Position numbers and translations under genes: made by a program. A DNA stretch of 64,000 nucleotides, filler included, from Chrysochromulina tobinii (Eukaryota), in assembly GCA_001275005.1 (NCBI GenBank). It is 6 parts of 6 records of this genome, joined end to end, with 100 filler letters (N's around TTAATTAATTAA, not from the genome) between each part and the next. Parts side by side here need not be neighbours in the genome. Positions count along the whole stretch, not along the records: positions 1 to 21,761 come from JWZX01001297.1; 5 more parts are not named here. One strand, written 5' to 3'. Shown here piece by piece: positions 1 through 8,740 of this stretch. The stretch's first letter is position 1, and each line of letters starts with the position of its first letter. A model generated the notes under the pieces. That model worked only from the letters and a program-made list of their open reading frames with translations, was not told where the DNA came from and did not search any database.

Positions 1-88
1 CGACAAGCCTCGACAGGCTCGACAGGCAAGGCCTCGACAGCAGCTCGACGGAGCCTCGACAGCTCGACAGCTCGACAGCCAGGGCTCA
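1..88. repeat. Degenerate tandem CTCGACAG array ending in CCAGGGCTCA; probable subterminal repeat of a dispersed or mobile element
   Basis: About 8 imperfect (CT)CGACA/G units visible directly; cut by the window start. Confidence 0.65.
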
Positions 89-296
89 CATTCGCATACC
101 CCACTTCGCACTCTAGACTCTTGATCATTCTCGTTTAGTCTCTCGTCTCGTCTACTGTATCGTCTTTATAGTTTTTTACTTGTTTGTAACTTCCTACTTT
201 TCCCATCGCGATCGCAGTTTCAGAGATCTCTTACTATAACACGGATAGCGTATTTCCGATGCGCGTTCGCGACTTCTATTCATCCCGAACGCCGCC

Positions 297-2246
297 TCAC
301 CACCGCCACCTCCGAAAGGCACGGTTTCGTGCCGAATCTGCTGTGCGTAGCCAGGATAGCCCGATGGCACCTGCCCATAGTTTGGTGGCATTAGGCTCCA
401 GCCAGGCACCTGCTGCCCTGGCACCTGCTCCTCTTCGCGCTGAGCGGGTGTGAAGGGAGCGGACCCCGCGGAGCCAACGGGTCCGATGTACTGTCGGACC
501 AGGGTCGGGCGCTGGATCGGGGTCTGTCGAGTAGGGCAGGACCAGGGTCGGGCCTGCCAGCCTGTGCGGAAGCGTGCGCGCGCCACGCTTCGAGAAGCGG
601 TTGTATATGAGGTAGCATGCGAGACTCACCGTCAAAAAACTCACAACGAAAGTCGCGAGGACGGCGACCAAAACGACGACCGATGAGGACCAAAATGAGG
701 GCGTGATGGGCGGCGACGACGGCGGTCTGGGCCTGGGAGGCGGGAAAGGAGGCCTCGGTGGGGGGGTTTTGGGCCAGGGTGGGGGTGGCGACGGCGGCGG
801 CGCCTGCGCAACCCGGAAGAGGTAAGCCGATCCGACGATCGACGAGCTGTCCCCTGAGTTGCTGTGTCCGTCCGCGCCAAGCACGAGAGCGTCGCCGGAG
901 ACGGAGCACGAGCCGCCTAAGTTGTCGTAGGGCTCGGCGTCCATGGCCACCAGGACACGCCTCCTGGCAGCTGATTGTGGGACATGCGATAGCGAGCGTC
1001 GGGGGGCTCGGTGGGCCACCTCCTCGTCGAAGGAATCCGAGTGGCGCAGGCTGCGTCGAAATAGTGGCTCAGAAAGGGGGATACCCCCGGCGTTCTCGAC
1101 TTCGTGGCCTTCAGTAGAGCTGGCTCCGCTCAGGCCCTGCAGCAGCACGCCGTGGCCCGCTTCGGCACCATTCATTGTCTGCCTTTTGGGGGCGCCGACG
1201 AGGGCCATGTCCGCGCCCAAAGATACGCAAGAGCCAAAAAAGTCATTCGGAAGGCTTTGATCGACGAACGTCACGGAGACGTTGGATGCCGAAGCGTAGC
1301 GGAATAGGTGAACAGCCCCACTGTCCGAGTTGCGCCGCGGCGAGCCGACCATGACGGCCCCCTGGAAGGTTGCGACCGACGATCCAAAGCGGTCGCCAGT
1401 CGCGTCGGCACCGAATGGCGAGACGAGGCGTTGGCGGAGCTGTCCGGTGATAATGTCGAAGACGTAGGCTGCCCCGGAGCCCGCCGCGGTCGCGGCCTCG
1501 TTGGGCGCTCCTACGACTATGAGGCCAGCGTGCGCGGCGACCGCGGTGCCAAACCTGGCGAGCGCCTGCACGGAGGAAGGGACGAGCCTTCTCAGCAAGA
1601 AGCCGCTGGTGCCGTCGAAGACGTACACGGTTCCGGCCATGTTTTGTCCACCCTGTGCGTGCGCCCGAGCGCCGACGATGGCGCGCCCGGCGTGGAGTGC
1701 CACTGTGAAGCCAAACTCATCGTTCGCAGCACCGTCGAATGGGATGAGCTTGCGCGTCTGGAGACCTGTCGATGCGGAGAAGATATACGCAGCGCCCGTT
1801 CGGGTGCCGATGCCCGTGAATGCCCCCGGTGCTCCGACGAGGGCGAGATTTTGGACAGCGTCCAGAGGGTGGTCGCCAGAGGGCAACGAGACCGAGGCGC
1901 CAAACTCAGCACGGGTGGGATCATATCCAGGGTCATCGGGACTGAGCACCATATTCAAGCGGCTTGTGGACAAGTCGAAGAGATACGCCGCACCGGAGAA
2001 GCCGCCGCGTGTATACTCGTAGGGTGCCCCAACGAGTACCATTGTCGTCCCGGTACTCACTGCCCAGCCAAACCGCGTTCCTTGAGCGATGTTTCCTCCT
2101 GGCACGATTGTGGTGCCAGAATAGTATTGCGGACCCGGCGGCGGCAAAGGCGGTGGGGGTGGCGGCAGCGGCGGAGATGACGGCGGCAAGGCTAGCGGAG
2201 GCGAGGGCGAGGGCGGTGGAGGCGATGGCGGCGACGGTGGTGCCAT
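297..2246 (-). CDS. FG-GAP repeat (integrin-alpha-like beta-propeller) single-pass membrane protein with Pro-rich stalks
   Basis: About 7 repeats of FG.SV...(L/I)VGAP...GAAY(L/V)F, PPSP tracts on both sides, TM VVVLVAVLATFVVSFLTVSLACYLIY. Start and cytoplasmic tail are uncertain (possible intron near 490-580). Confidence 0.8.
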   Translation of the reverse strand: MAPPSPPSPPPPSPSPPLALPPSSPPLPPPPPPLPPPGPQYYSGTTIVPGGNIAQGTRFGWAVSTGTTMVLVGAPYEYTRGGFSGAAYLFDLSTSRLNMVLSPDDPGYDPTRAEFGASVSLPSGDHPLDAVQNLALVGAPGAFTGIGTRTGAAYIFSASTGLQTRKLIPFDGAANDEFGFTVALHAGRAIVGARAHAQGGQNMAGTVYVFDGTSGFLLRRLVPSSVQALARFGTAVAAHAGLIVVGAPNEAATAAGSGAAYVFDIITGQLRQRLVSPFGADATGDRFGSSVATFQGAVMVGSPRRNSDSGAVHLFRYASASNVSVTFVDQSLPNDFFGSCVSLGADMALVGAPKRQTMNGAEAGHGVLLQGLSGASSTEGHEVENAGGIPLSEPLFRRSLRHSDSFDEEVAHRAPRRSLSHVPQSAARRRVLVAMDAEPYDNLGGSCSVSGDALVLGADGHSNSGDSSSIVGSAYLFRVAQAPPPSPPPPWPKTPPPRPPFPPPRPRPPSSPPITPSFWSSSVVVLVAVLATFVVSFLTVSLACYLIYNRFSKRGARTLPHRLAGPTLVLPYSTDPDPAPDPGPTVHRTRWLRGVRSLHTRSARRGAGARAAGAWLEPNATKLWAGAIGLSWLRTADSARNRAFRRWRW

Positions 2247-2443
2247 CTTGCAGCGCCGGACGCAGGGGCTGTTCACGTCCGAGCTCGGAGAAGGACACTC
2301 GCGTCTCCCGCGGTTCGCGGTCGCGCACGGCGCCCATACCGATTTTGGCGACGCTGTGAGTCGGTTCGGTTCAGGCGGTTGCTATCATGGCATTTCGCCA
2401 GCGGTGTGTTCATAAAGTGTGTTGCGGAATTTCGGCAGTGGAA

Positions 2444-5400
2444 ATGGCTTCCCGCCGAAAGAGCAATCGCGAGGCCGCGACGTCGACGCGCCTTTCAGCG
2501 GCAGTGCGGTCGCAGCTCGAGGCTGCGATCGATGACCTCGACGCGGTGGGCGTGCGCGAGCTGCTCCCTCCACCTCCGGCCGCCGTTGACGTTGATGACC
2601 TCGTTGATGACAACGGCACGCCGCTCCTGGTTCGGGCCATCTTTGCCAGTGACCCAAAGCAGAGCGACGCCTCGCTCGCCCTCGTCAAGGCGCTCTTGCA
2701 AGCGGGCGCGTCGCCAACGGCTGCTGATGAGGACGGCAACACCTCGCTGCACGTGTGCGCGAGCAAGCTCAAGCTCGAGCCTGAGTTTGCTGTCGCTGCA
2801 ACTGAAATGCTTCTGGACGAGCTCGCGGGGCAGCCGCCCGACGCATACGGCAGCACGCCGCTCGAGCACGCGATGGCTCTCGCCGACTGTGAGGGCCGCA
2901 CACCGCTCGCCGTCGTCATCAGGCAGGGCCGTCAACTTAGCCCAGCGGGGGGTGAGGCGGCGGGCGAGGCGGCGATGGTGGATGCGGCGCGGCTGTATGT
3001 GTCTCGCGGGGCGGGACTGCTACTGCCGTCGCCGCCGGCGGCGGCGCGGGCAGAGGCCGATCACATGGCAACCGCTGAGGCCGACGCGACGCCACCGCAA
3101 CCCGCGAGTGCCGCCGCGCAGAGGGCGACTAGCACGCTGCTTCACGAGGCTGCAGAGTGGGCACCACCGACGCTCGTGAGTGTGTTACTCGAGGCGGTTG
3201 ACGTGGAGGCGGCCATGGCGGTGGCGAACGCGCAGGGCGACGGGCCGCTGCAGGTGGCCCTCGCCAGGGGGCAGCGCGCCACCGCCGCCGCCCTCCTCGA
3301 CGCCTTCCCTGCGGCGTGTGAGGGCCCCTGGCAAGGCGCGCCACGCCCTGCTGCCCGCTCGCTCGCGGCGGCGTTGCATCGGCTGGTGCGCACAGTGGTG
3401 GAGACGCCCGCGAGTGCGCCGGTGCCACCGCCCATGCCTCCCGACTACGCCGGCTGCGTGCGCCTGCTCGTGGAGCGCAAGGGAGCCCCTGTCGACTCCC
3501 GGGATTCCTGTGGGCGCACTCCGCTCGCCGCGTCGCTCGTCCTCGGGGCACCCACCGCCATCTCGCACGCGCTGCTCCGACACTGCCGAGCCATCGAGGC
3601 GGCGGATACGGACGGGCGCTGTGCCCTGATGCATGCGGCGGCGGCGGGCGACGCACCGCTCTTGTCCGGAGTCCTTCAGGCTCTCCGTCGCGCCGCCCTG
3701 AGCGCTGGCTCCGGCGCGACCGCCGCTGCGCCGCCCGGCGGCGACCGCCATGGCGAGCGCCGTGGCGAGCGCGTGTCTCTCGCCGATCGTGCGCTCCTCT
3801 CGGCCGCACCGCCGCTGCCGGCAGCACCCCCCTCGGTCCTGCTGCGCCGAGTTCTCGCCGTCGATGTGCGCGGCGAGAGTGCGCTGTCGCTCGCGAGTGC
3901 CGCCCGCAGCTCGGCGTGCGTCCGAGCGTTGCTCGAGGCTCACGCTGATGTGCGCGGTGTGAATGCCGACGGGCGAGGCCCGATGATGATGGCCCTGAGC
4001 GGCGGCGGCAAGAGCGCCAAGGATGGGCGCGCCGAGAGTGAGCTCGTCGAGGTGCTGCGATTGCTCGCCGCGCCACCCACTGACACGTGCCTCGCTTTCG
4101 CTCGTAGGGCCGCCGCCGCCACAGCCGCCGCCACAGCCGCCGCCACAGCCGCCGCCACCGCCGCCGCCGCCGCCACAGCCGCCGCCACAGCCGCCGCCAC
4201 CGCCGCCGCCTCAGCTGCCGCCGCCACAGCCGCCGCCTCGGACGAGGAGCTGACGGCGGCAGGTGCACGGGCGGCGGCGCTGATGGCGCTCGTGTGCGAC
4301 GCGCGTGGTGAGTGTGCTCTCGCACTCGCTGCCGCGCGGCCCGCGAGTGCAGATGCTTTCGAAGCGCTCGTGACAGCGCTCGCGGCATGCGGCGTGAGCG
4401 TCGATAAGGGCGGCGGGAGCGCCTTGATCGCGCTCGCGGCGCGCGGCGAGCGCATCGGGGTGGAGCGGCTTCTGGCCATGGACCACGCCAAGGCTCTCAC
4501 GGCACCCACCACCATGCACATACCTTTGGCCGACCTCGCCTCGCCTTTGGTGCCCCTCGCGGGCGCGGGCCCACCCGCGCAGTCCTCACACTCGTCTGCG
4601 ACTGCGCTCGGCACGCGCGCAGGCAGCGCCGCCGTGGCCGCGGCGCGTGGCGGGCACGCGGAGACGCTGCAGGCGCTGCTCGCTCACGATGGTGCGAGTG
4701 CGAGTGTGCCAGTCGGGCCGGCGGAGGAGACAGCCCTGATGGCGGCGGCGGCGGCGGGTTCGACCGAGTGCGTGCAGCTGCTGCTGCGGCAGGTGGCCGG
4801 CGGCGGCGAGGCAAGTCGTACCGACGCTGCCGGCCGGACGGCCCTGATGCACGCGGCGCGTGGCGGCGTGCTCGGGTGTGTCGAGGCGCTGCTGGGTGCG
4901 CGTGTCGACTCGCACGCCTGCGACCGGTACGGCCGCTCATGCCTCGCACACGCCGCCGCGGGCGGGTCGGTCGCGTGCATAGAGGTCCTCCATCGCTGCC
5001 TCGGGAGCGGCGGAGCGGAGACGCTCGAGGCAGTGGATGCACTTGGTTCGACGCCTCTCCTCGAGGCTGCCGCACGCGCCCATGACGACGCGATCGCCGC
5101 CCTCGTCAGCATGGGAGCTTCCCTCGAGATGGCCCTCGACGCCGCCCTGCGCGGCCCCCCATCCGGCCTCGCGCAGGGCCGCGCGCATGGCGACGTCGGG
5201 CTCGGCGACGGCGGCGACGGAGGCGACGGAGGCGACGGAGGCGACGGCGGCGACGTCGATCCCGCCATTGGCGGTGACGCTGGTGAAGCCGCTGCGGCGC
5301 CGGCGTGCGCGGCTCCGGCGGAGGCGGCGGCCGCTGTGGGCTTTTGGCTCCAGGCCGCTCACACCCTCGCCCGGGTCGGCGGGAACGGCTTGCTCAGCTG

Positions 5401-6004
5401 GCGTGCCGTGCAGCTGCGCAGCCCGGCGGCGATGGTGCTGCCGCTGCTGCGCAGCCTGCGGCGCGCGGGCATCCTCGATGAGGAGGCGGCCCACCGCGAC
5501 CACGGGCGATCGCTCCTGCATGCCGCCGTCTTGGGCGTCGCCGACGGGGTGCTGAGCGAGGCACATGCTTGTGCCTACGCGTCAGGGCTGCCGCATGCAC
5601 AGCTGCTCGTGCGGGACGGCGAGGGTCTGACAGCGATCGGGCTGACGGCCGAGCGTGGGCTGGAAGCCCTCGGCCTTGCGCTCGAGACGATCGTGCTGCG
5701 TCGGCTGCGAGCACTCATCGAGATTGCACACGCGCCCGCGCACGAGGCACACGCCCGACGGGTGGCGGCGCAGCTGCACGCCTACTGGCCACAGCTCGAG
5801 CTGCGCGTGCACGCGCACGCGCACGCCGCCGCGCACGCCTCCGCCTTTGACGTGCTCTGGCTCGAGCGCTGGGGCGCTTCGCGCACCTCGCACGTGCTCT
5901 ACACGCACGCCGGCCGCGCCCTGTCGAAGCTGCCCGGCGAGCGTGCCCTCTGGCGCGAGGTGAGCCTCAAGATCGACGGCAAGGCCGTTCTCCTCAACCT
6001 GTAA
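2444..6004 (+). CDS. Large ankyrin-repeat protein
   Basis: Many D..G.T(P/A)L(H/M).AA..G motifs (DEDGNTSLHVCA, DAAGRTALMHAARGG, DALGSTPLLEAA); ATG 2444 is the likely start. Confidence 0.85.
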   Translation: MASRRKSNREAATSTRLSAAVRSQLEAAIDDLDAVGVRELLPPPPAAVDVDDLVDDNGTPLLVRAIFASDPKQSDASLALVKALLQAGASPTAADEDGNTSLHVCASKLKLEPEFAVAATEMLLDELAGQPPDAYGSTPLEHAMALADCEGRTPLAVVIRQGRQLSPAGGEAAGEAAMVDAARLYVSRGAGLLLPSPPAAARAEADHMATAEADATPPQPASAAAQRATSTLLHEAAEWAPPTLVSVLLEAVDVEAAMAVANAQGDGPLQVALARGQRATAAALLDAFPAACEGPWQGAPRPAARSLAAALHRLVRTVVETPASAPVPPPMPPDYAGCVRLLVERKGAPVDSRDSCGRTPLAASLVLGAPTAISHALLRHCRAIEAADTDGRCALMHAAAAGDAPLLSGVLQALRRAALSAGSGATAAAPPGGDRHGERRGERVSLADRALLSAAPPLPAAPPSVLLRRVLAVDVRGESALSLASAARSSACVRALLEAHADVRGVNADGRGPMMMALSGGGKSAKDGRAESELVEVLRLLAAPPTDTCLAFARRAAAATAAATAAATAAATAAAAATAAATAAATAAASAAAATAAASDEELTAAGARAAALMALVCDARGECALALAAARPASADAFEALVTALAACGVSVDKGGGSALIALAARGERIGVERLLAMDHAKALTAPTTMHIPLADLASPLVPLAGAGPPAQSSHSSATALGTRAGSAAVAAARGGHAETLQALLAHDGASASVPVGPAEETALMAAAAAGSTECVQLLLRQVAGGGEASRTDAAGRTALMHAARGGVLGCVEALLGARVDSHACDRYGRSCLAHAAAGGSVACIEVLHRCLGSGGAETLEAVDALGSTPLLEAAARAHDDAIAALVSMGASLEMALDAALRGPPSGLAQGRAHGDVGLGDGGDGGDGGDGGDGGDVDPAIGGDAGEAAAAPACAAPAEAAAAVGFWLQAAHTLARVGGNGLLSWRAVQLRSPAAMVLPLLRSLRRAGILDEEAAHRDHGRSLLHAAVLGVADGVLSEAHACAYASGLPHAQLLVRDGEGLTAIGLTAERGLEALGLALETIVLRRLRALIEIAHAPAHEAHARRVAAQLHAYWPQLELRVHAHAHAAAHASAFDVLWLERWGASRTSHVLYTHAGRALSKLPGERALWREVSLKIDGKAVLLNL
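4110..4237 (+). repeat. Coding minisatellite (GCCGCCGCCACA)n, poly-AAAT
   Basis: Direct tandem repeat within the ankyrin gene. Confidence 0.85.
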
Positions 6005-6319
6005 TCAGCCGAGCGGGGATTTCCATGGCATCGTCCTGAGCACAAATTAAGCACAAACCAGGTATTCACGAAACGGGGCATGGCCTCACACGTTTCACAT
6101 TGTCGGCGGTATGGGTTGAAACAGTCCCTTTCACAGCCACTTTGGTATATTCACAGTTGATTTTCTCGCTACCTCGAACAACATGCGGCGTCGCGAGGAG
6201 ACACGCATCGGTTATTCGGCGAGGTGAAGACAGCCCACGGAGCCCACGGACACCAATAGCGAGCAGCGCACCAGCTTTGAGTCCTTGGGGATCTCATATA
6301 CTCCCAGATTTCTGAGCAC

Positions 6320-7375
6320 ATGGTGCGGCTCGACCAAGCAGTCCTCGCCGACCTACGCTCGCGAGGCGCGCCCAAGGCTTCGCTCAAGGAAGCACAGCGG
6401 CTCATCCGAGCAGGCAACGTGCTCCTGGCAGGAAGCGTCACGCGCGAGCCAAAGATGCAGTTCGTTCCCGGCGTCGAGCCTGTGGCACTGGCCGCGTGTG
6501 GCACACCGCTCTCCTTGGGCGAGCACCAGTTCTACATCATGCACAAGCCCGTGGGATACGTGTGCCAGCGCCACCCGCGCGAGCCGAACGTGTACGATCT
6601 CATCCCCGAGCATTTGCGGCGTCACGACCTCGGTTGTGTCGGCCGCCTGGACCGCGACACGACGGGCACGCTGCTGCTGTGCACTGATGGCGGCGTGCAG
6701 AGCCTGCTGTTGCACCCGAGCTCACGGGTGTGGAAGACGTACACGGCCGAGCTCGACCCTTTGCAAGGCCGCCTATCACCTGACGCCGAGGCGCGCTTCC
6801 GTGCGGGCATGACGCTCGAGGACGGCACGCGGTGCGCGCCAGCAACGCTGGAGACGCTCTCCTCGGACGGCTTGCAAGTGCGCGTGACGGTGCACGAGGG
6901 CTTCTTCCACCAGGTGAAGCGCATGCTCGCACACTGCGGTGGCCTCGTGCGGCAACTCCACCGCGACCGCTTCGGGTTGCTGCGGGTCGGCGGCGGGACC
7001 GAGGGCGGCGGCGGCGGCGGCGAGGGCGTGGGCACGTTGCAAAGCGACAGCTCTGCTCCGTTGGCTCCGGGTGCGATGCGTGCTCTCACCGCCGTTGAGC
7101 TACTCTTGCTTGTGGCGATGCTGCCAGTCGACCGGTGTGCGAAAAGAGCGCTCGAGGGTCTGCGCCGGGGCGAGGCCGAGGCGGTGGAGGCCGAGGCGGT
7201 GGGGGCCGAGGCGGTGGGGTCCGAGGCGGTGGGGGCCGAGGCAGTGGACGAGGAGCAGTCCGCAGTGGAGGTGCGCACCGTACCCCTCGAACTCGGCGTG
7301 GATAGCAGGAGCGCTGCATGCACTGTAACGGCGAAACGGCGTTTCGAGGAGACTCGAGAAGACGACGGCGACTAG
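6320..7375 (+). CDS. RsuA-family rRNA pseudouridine synthase with N-terminal S4-like domain
   Basis: MHKPVGYVC, VGRLDRDTTGTLL (catalytic Asp), VTVHEGFFHQVKRM, LHRDRFG. Confidence 0.92.
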   Translation: MVRLDQAVLADLRSRGAPKASLKEAQRLIRAGNVLLAGSVTREPKMQFVPGVEPVALAACGTPLSLGEHQFYIMHKPVGYVCQRHPREPNVYDLIPEHLRRHDLGCVGRLDRDTTGTLLLCTDGGVQSLLLHPSSRVWKTYTAELDPLQGRLSPDAEARFRAGMTLEDGTRCAPATLETLSSDGLQVRVTVHEGFFHQVKRMLAHCGGLVRQLHRDRFGLLRVGGGTEGGGGGGEGVGTLQSDSSAPLAPGAMRALTAVELLLLVAMLPVDRCAKRALEGLRRGEAEAVEAEAVGAEAVGSEAVGAEAVDEEQSAVEVRTVPLELGVDSRSAACTVTAKRRFEETREDDGD

Positions 7376-7600
7376 CGTCTAGCCAAAGGTCCGACGGCGC
7401 AAAGCGGCGCGTCCCCGCGCATTCGACGTCGATATGACTTCACGGGTGTGGCTGGGGTTAAACATGGAAAATTAAGATTTGCACTTTACACAGCGCAGTC
7501 ACGAGTCATTACACACGAGGACCCGGCGGACGAATCGAGATGCCCTCGATGAGCGGGGCGGGCCACGGACACGGGACATCGTCCTAACTCCTAAGTATGT

Positions 7601-8476
7601 CTACAACTCGTCCCTTTCTCGGGTCGTATCCATTCCTCCTACCGCCTCACCGCCATCCGCATCCTCGTGCTCGGCTGGCGCCAGTGCGGCTGGGCTGCCG
7701 TCACTTTCGATCGAGCCGTCGTGCAGACCAGCCGCCTCTCCCTCTAGCCGCCCCGTGGGCCGCCTCGCAAGCATCTCATCGGCGAAGGCACGCAGCCGAC
7801 GGAAGGTGGGCGGCCCGTCGTGCCACACGGGCTCGCGCTCGTGCGCCGCGCTGTGCAGCCACAGGACAGCCGGCGTCGCATTCACGCCCAGGCGCTCCGC
7901 GATCGCCGCGGTCCGCGGCGTCGACGAGTGCACACGCACCTCGAGCACGAGGAGCTGACCTCGCAGCGTTGACGAAAGAGCCTTAAGAAGCGGCGGCGTC
8001 GTCGATGAAGCGCGCCGCCGCACGAAGCACAGCATGCGCGGCAACCGCCAGGCGGCCGCGCTGCTGCCTGCCCGATCCCACGCCTCCTGGTCCTCCACAA
8101 CGGTCACGAAGCTCGGCATGAGCGCAGCCGCAAAGCTGGCAAGGTCTGCCACCTGGCGGCTCCCGTCGTAGTCGACGAGACGAGCGCCGCCGGTGGCACT
8201 CGGGACCACGGCACGGATGGTGGGCGTCGCATTCGCCTCGCCGAGCAGCGGTGGTAGCGTCTGGTGGGCGTGCGCATCCCAGGAGCCGACGACGACCTCG
8301 TGGCGCAGCTGCTTAGCGAGCTGCTCCCAGCGCGGCGTGAGGGCCTGGCAGAAGCCGCACGACGGGCGACAGATATTGACGAGCCAGAGCAGCGACGATG
8401 GGCCGCCGCTCGCCGCAAGCATTTCCGGCGAGAGCGCCACGACCGAGCCAGCGGCCTGGAGCTGCGTCGCCATCAT
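7601..8476 (-). CDS. Thioredoxin-fold / protein disulfide isomerase-like protein
   Basis: PSCGFCQALTPRWEQLA (CxxC), TPTI cis-Pro motif, YDGSR, a second inactive Trx-like domain, C-terminal RDEL ER-retention signal. Confidence 0.85.
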   Translation of the reverse strand: MMATQLQAAGSVVALSPEMLAASGGPSSLLWLVNICRPSCGFCQALTPRWEQLAKQLRHEVVVGSWDAHAHQTLPPLLGEANATPTIRAVVPSATGGARLVDYDGSRQVADLASFAAALMPSFVTVVEDQEAWDRAGSSAAAWRLPRMLCFVRRRASSTTPPLLKALSSTLRGQLLVLEVRVHSSTPRTAAIAERLGVNATPAVLWLHSAAHEREPVWHDGPPTFRRLRAFADEMLARRPTGRLEGEAAGLHDGSIESDGSPAALAPAEHEDADGGEAVGGMDTTRERDEL

Positions 8477-8740
8477 TTTCTAGTGACTGTGAATGGATTG
8501 TGAATAGGTATGGAAATCGAAGGGGAGGGGGGGGAGGGGGGGGGGGAAGAATCCTTACAGGGAGTCCGGGGACCTGCGTTCACGGCGCGTGTTGTTTTTC
8601 ACATCGCCTTTTCGATTTTGGGATGAGTTTTCTCTTCCTCTCGCTCTAGTCTCCGCTTCTGGCTCCGTGCTCCAACTAGGCTCCGGCCCGTGCTGCATTC
8701 CCGCGTCCAGAATCCTCCGTATTTCTGCGGGCGTGGGAAG

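Noticed and set aside
8521..8547. G-run (possible G-quadruplex) in the divergent promoter
   Set aside because: Homopolymer-prone low-complexity sequence with no supporting evidence
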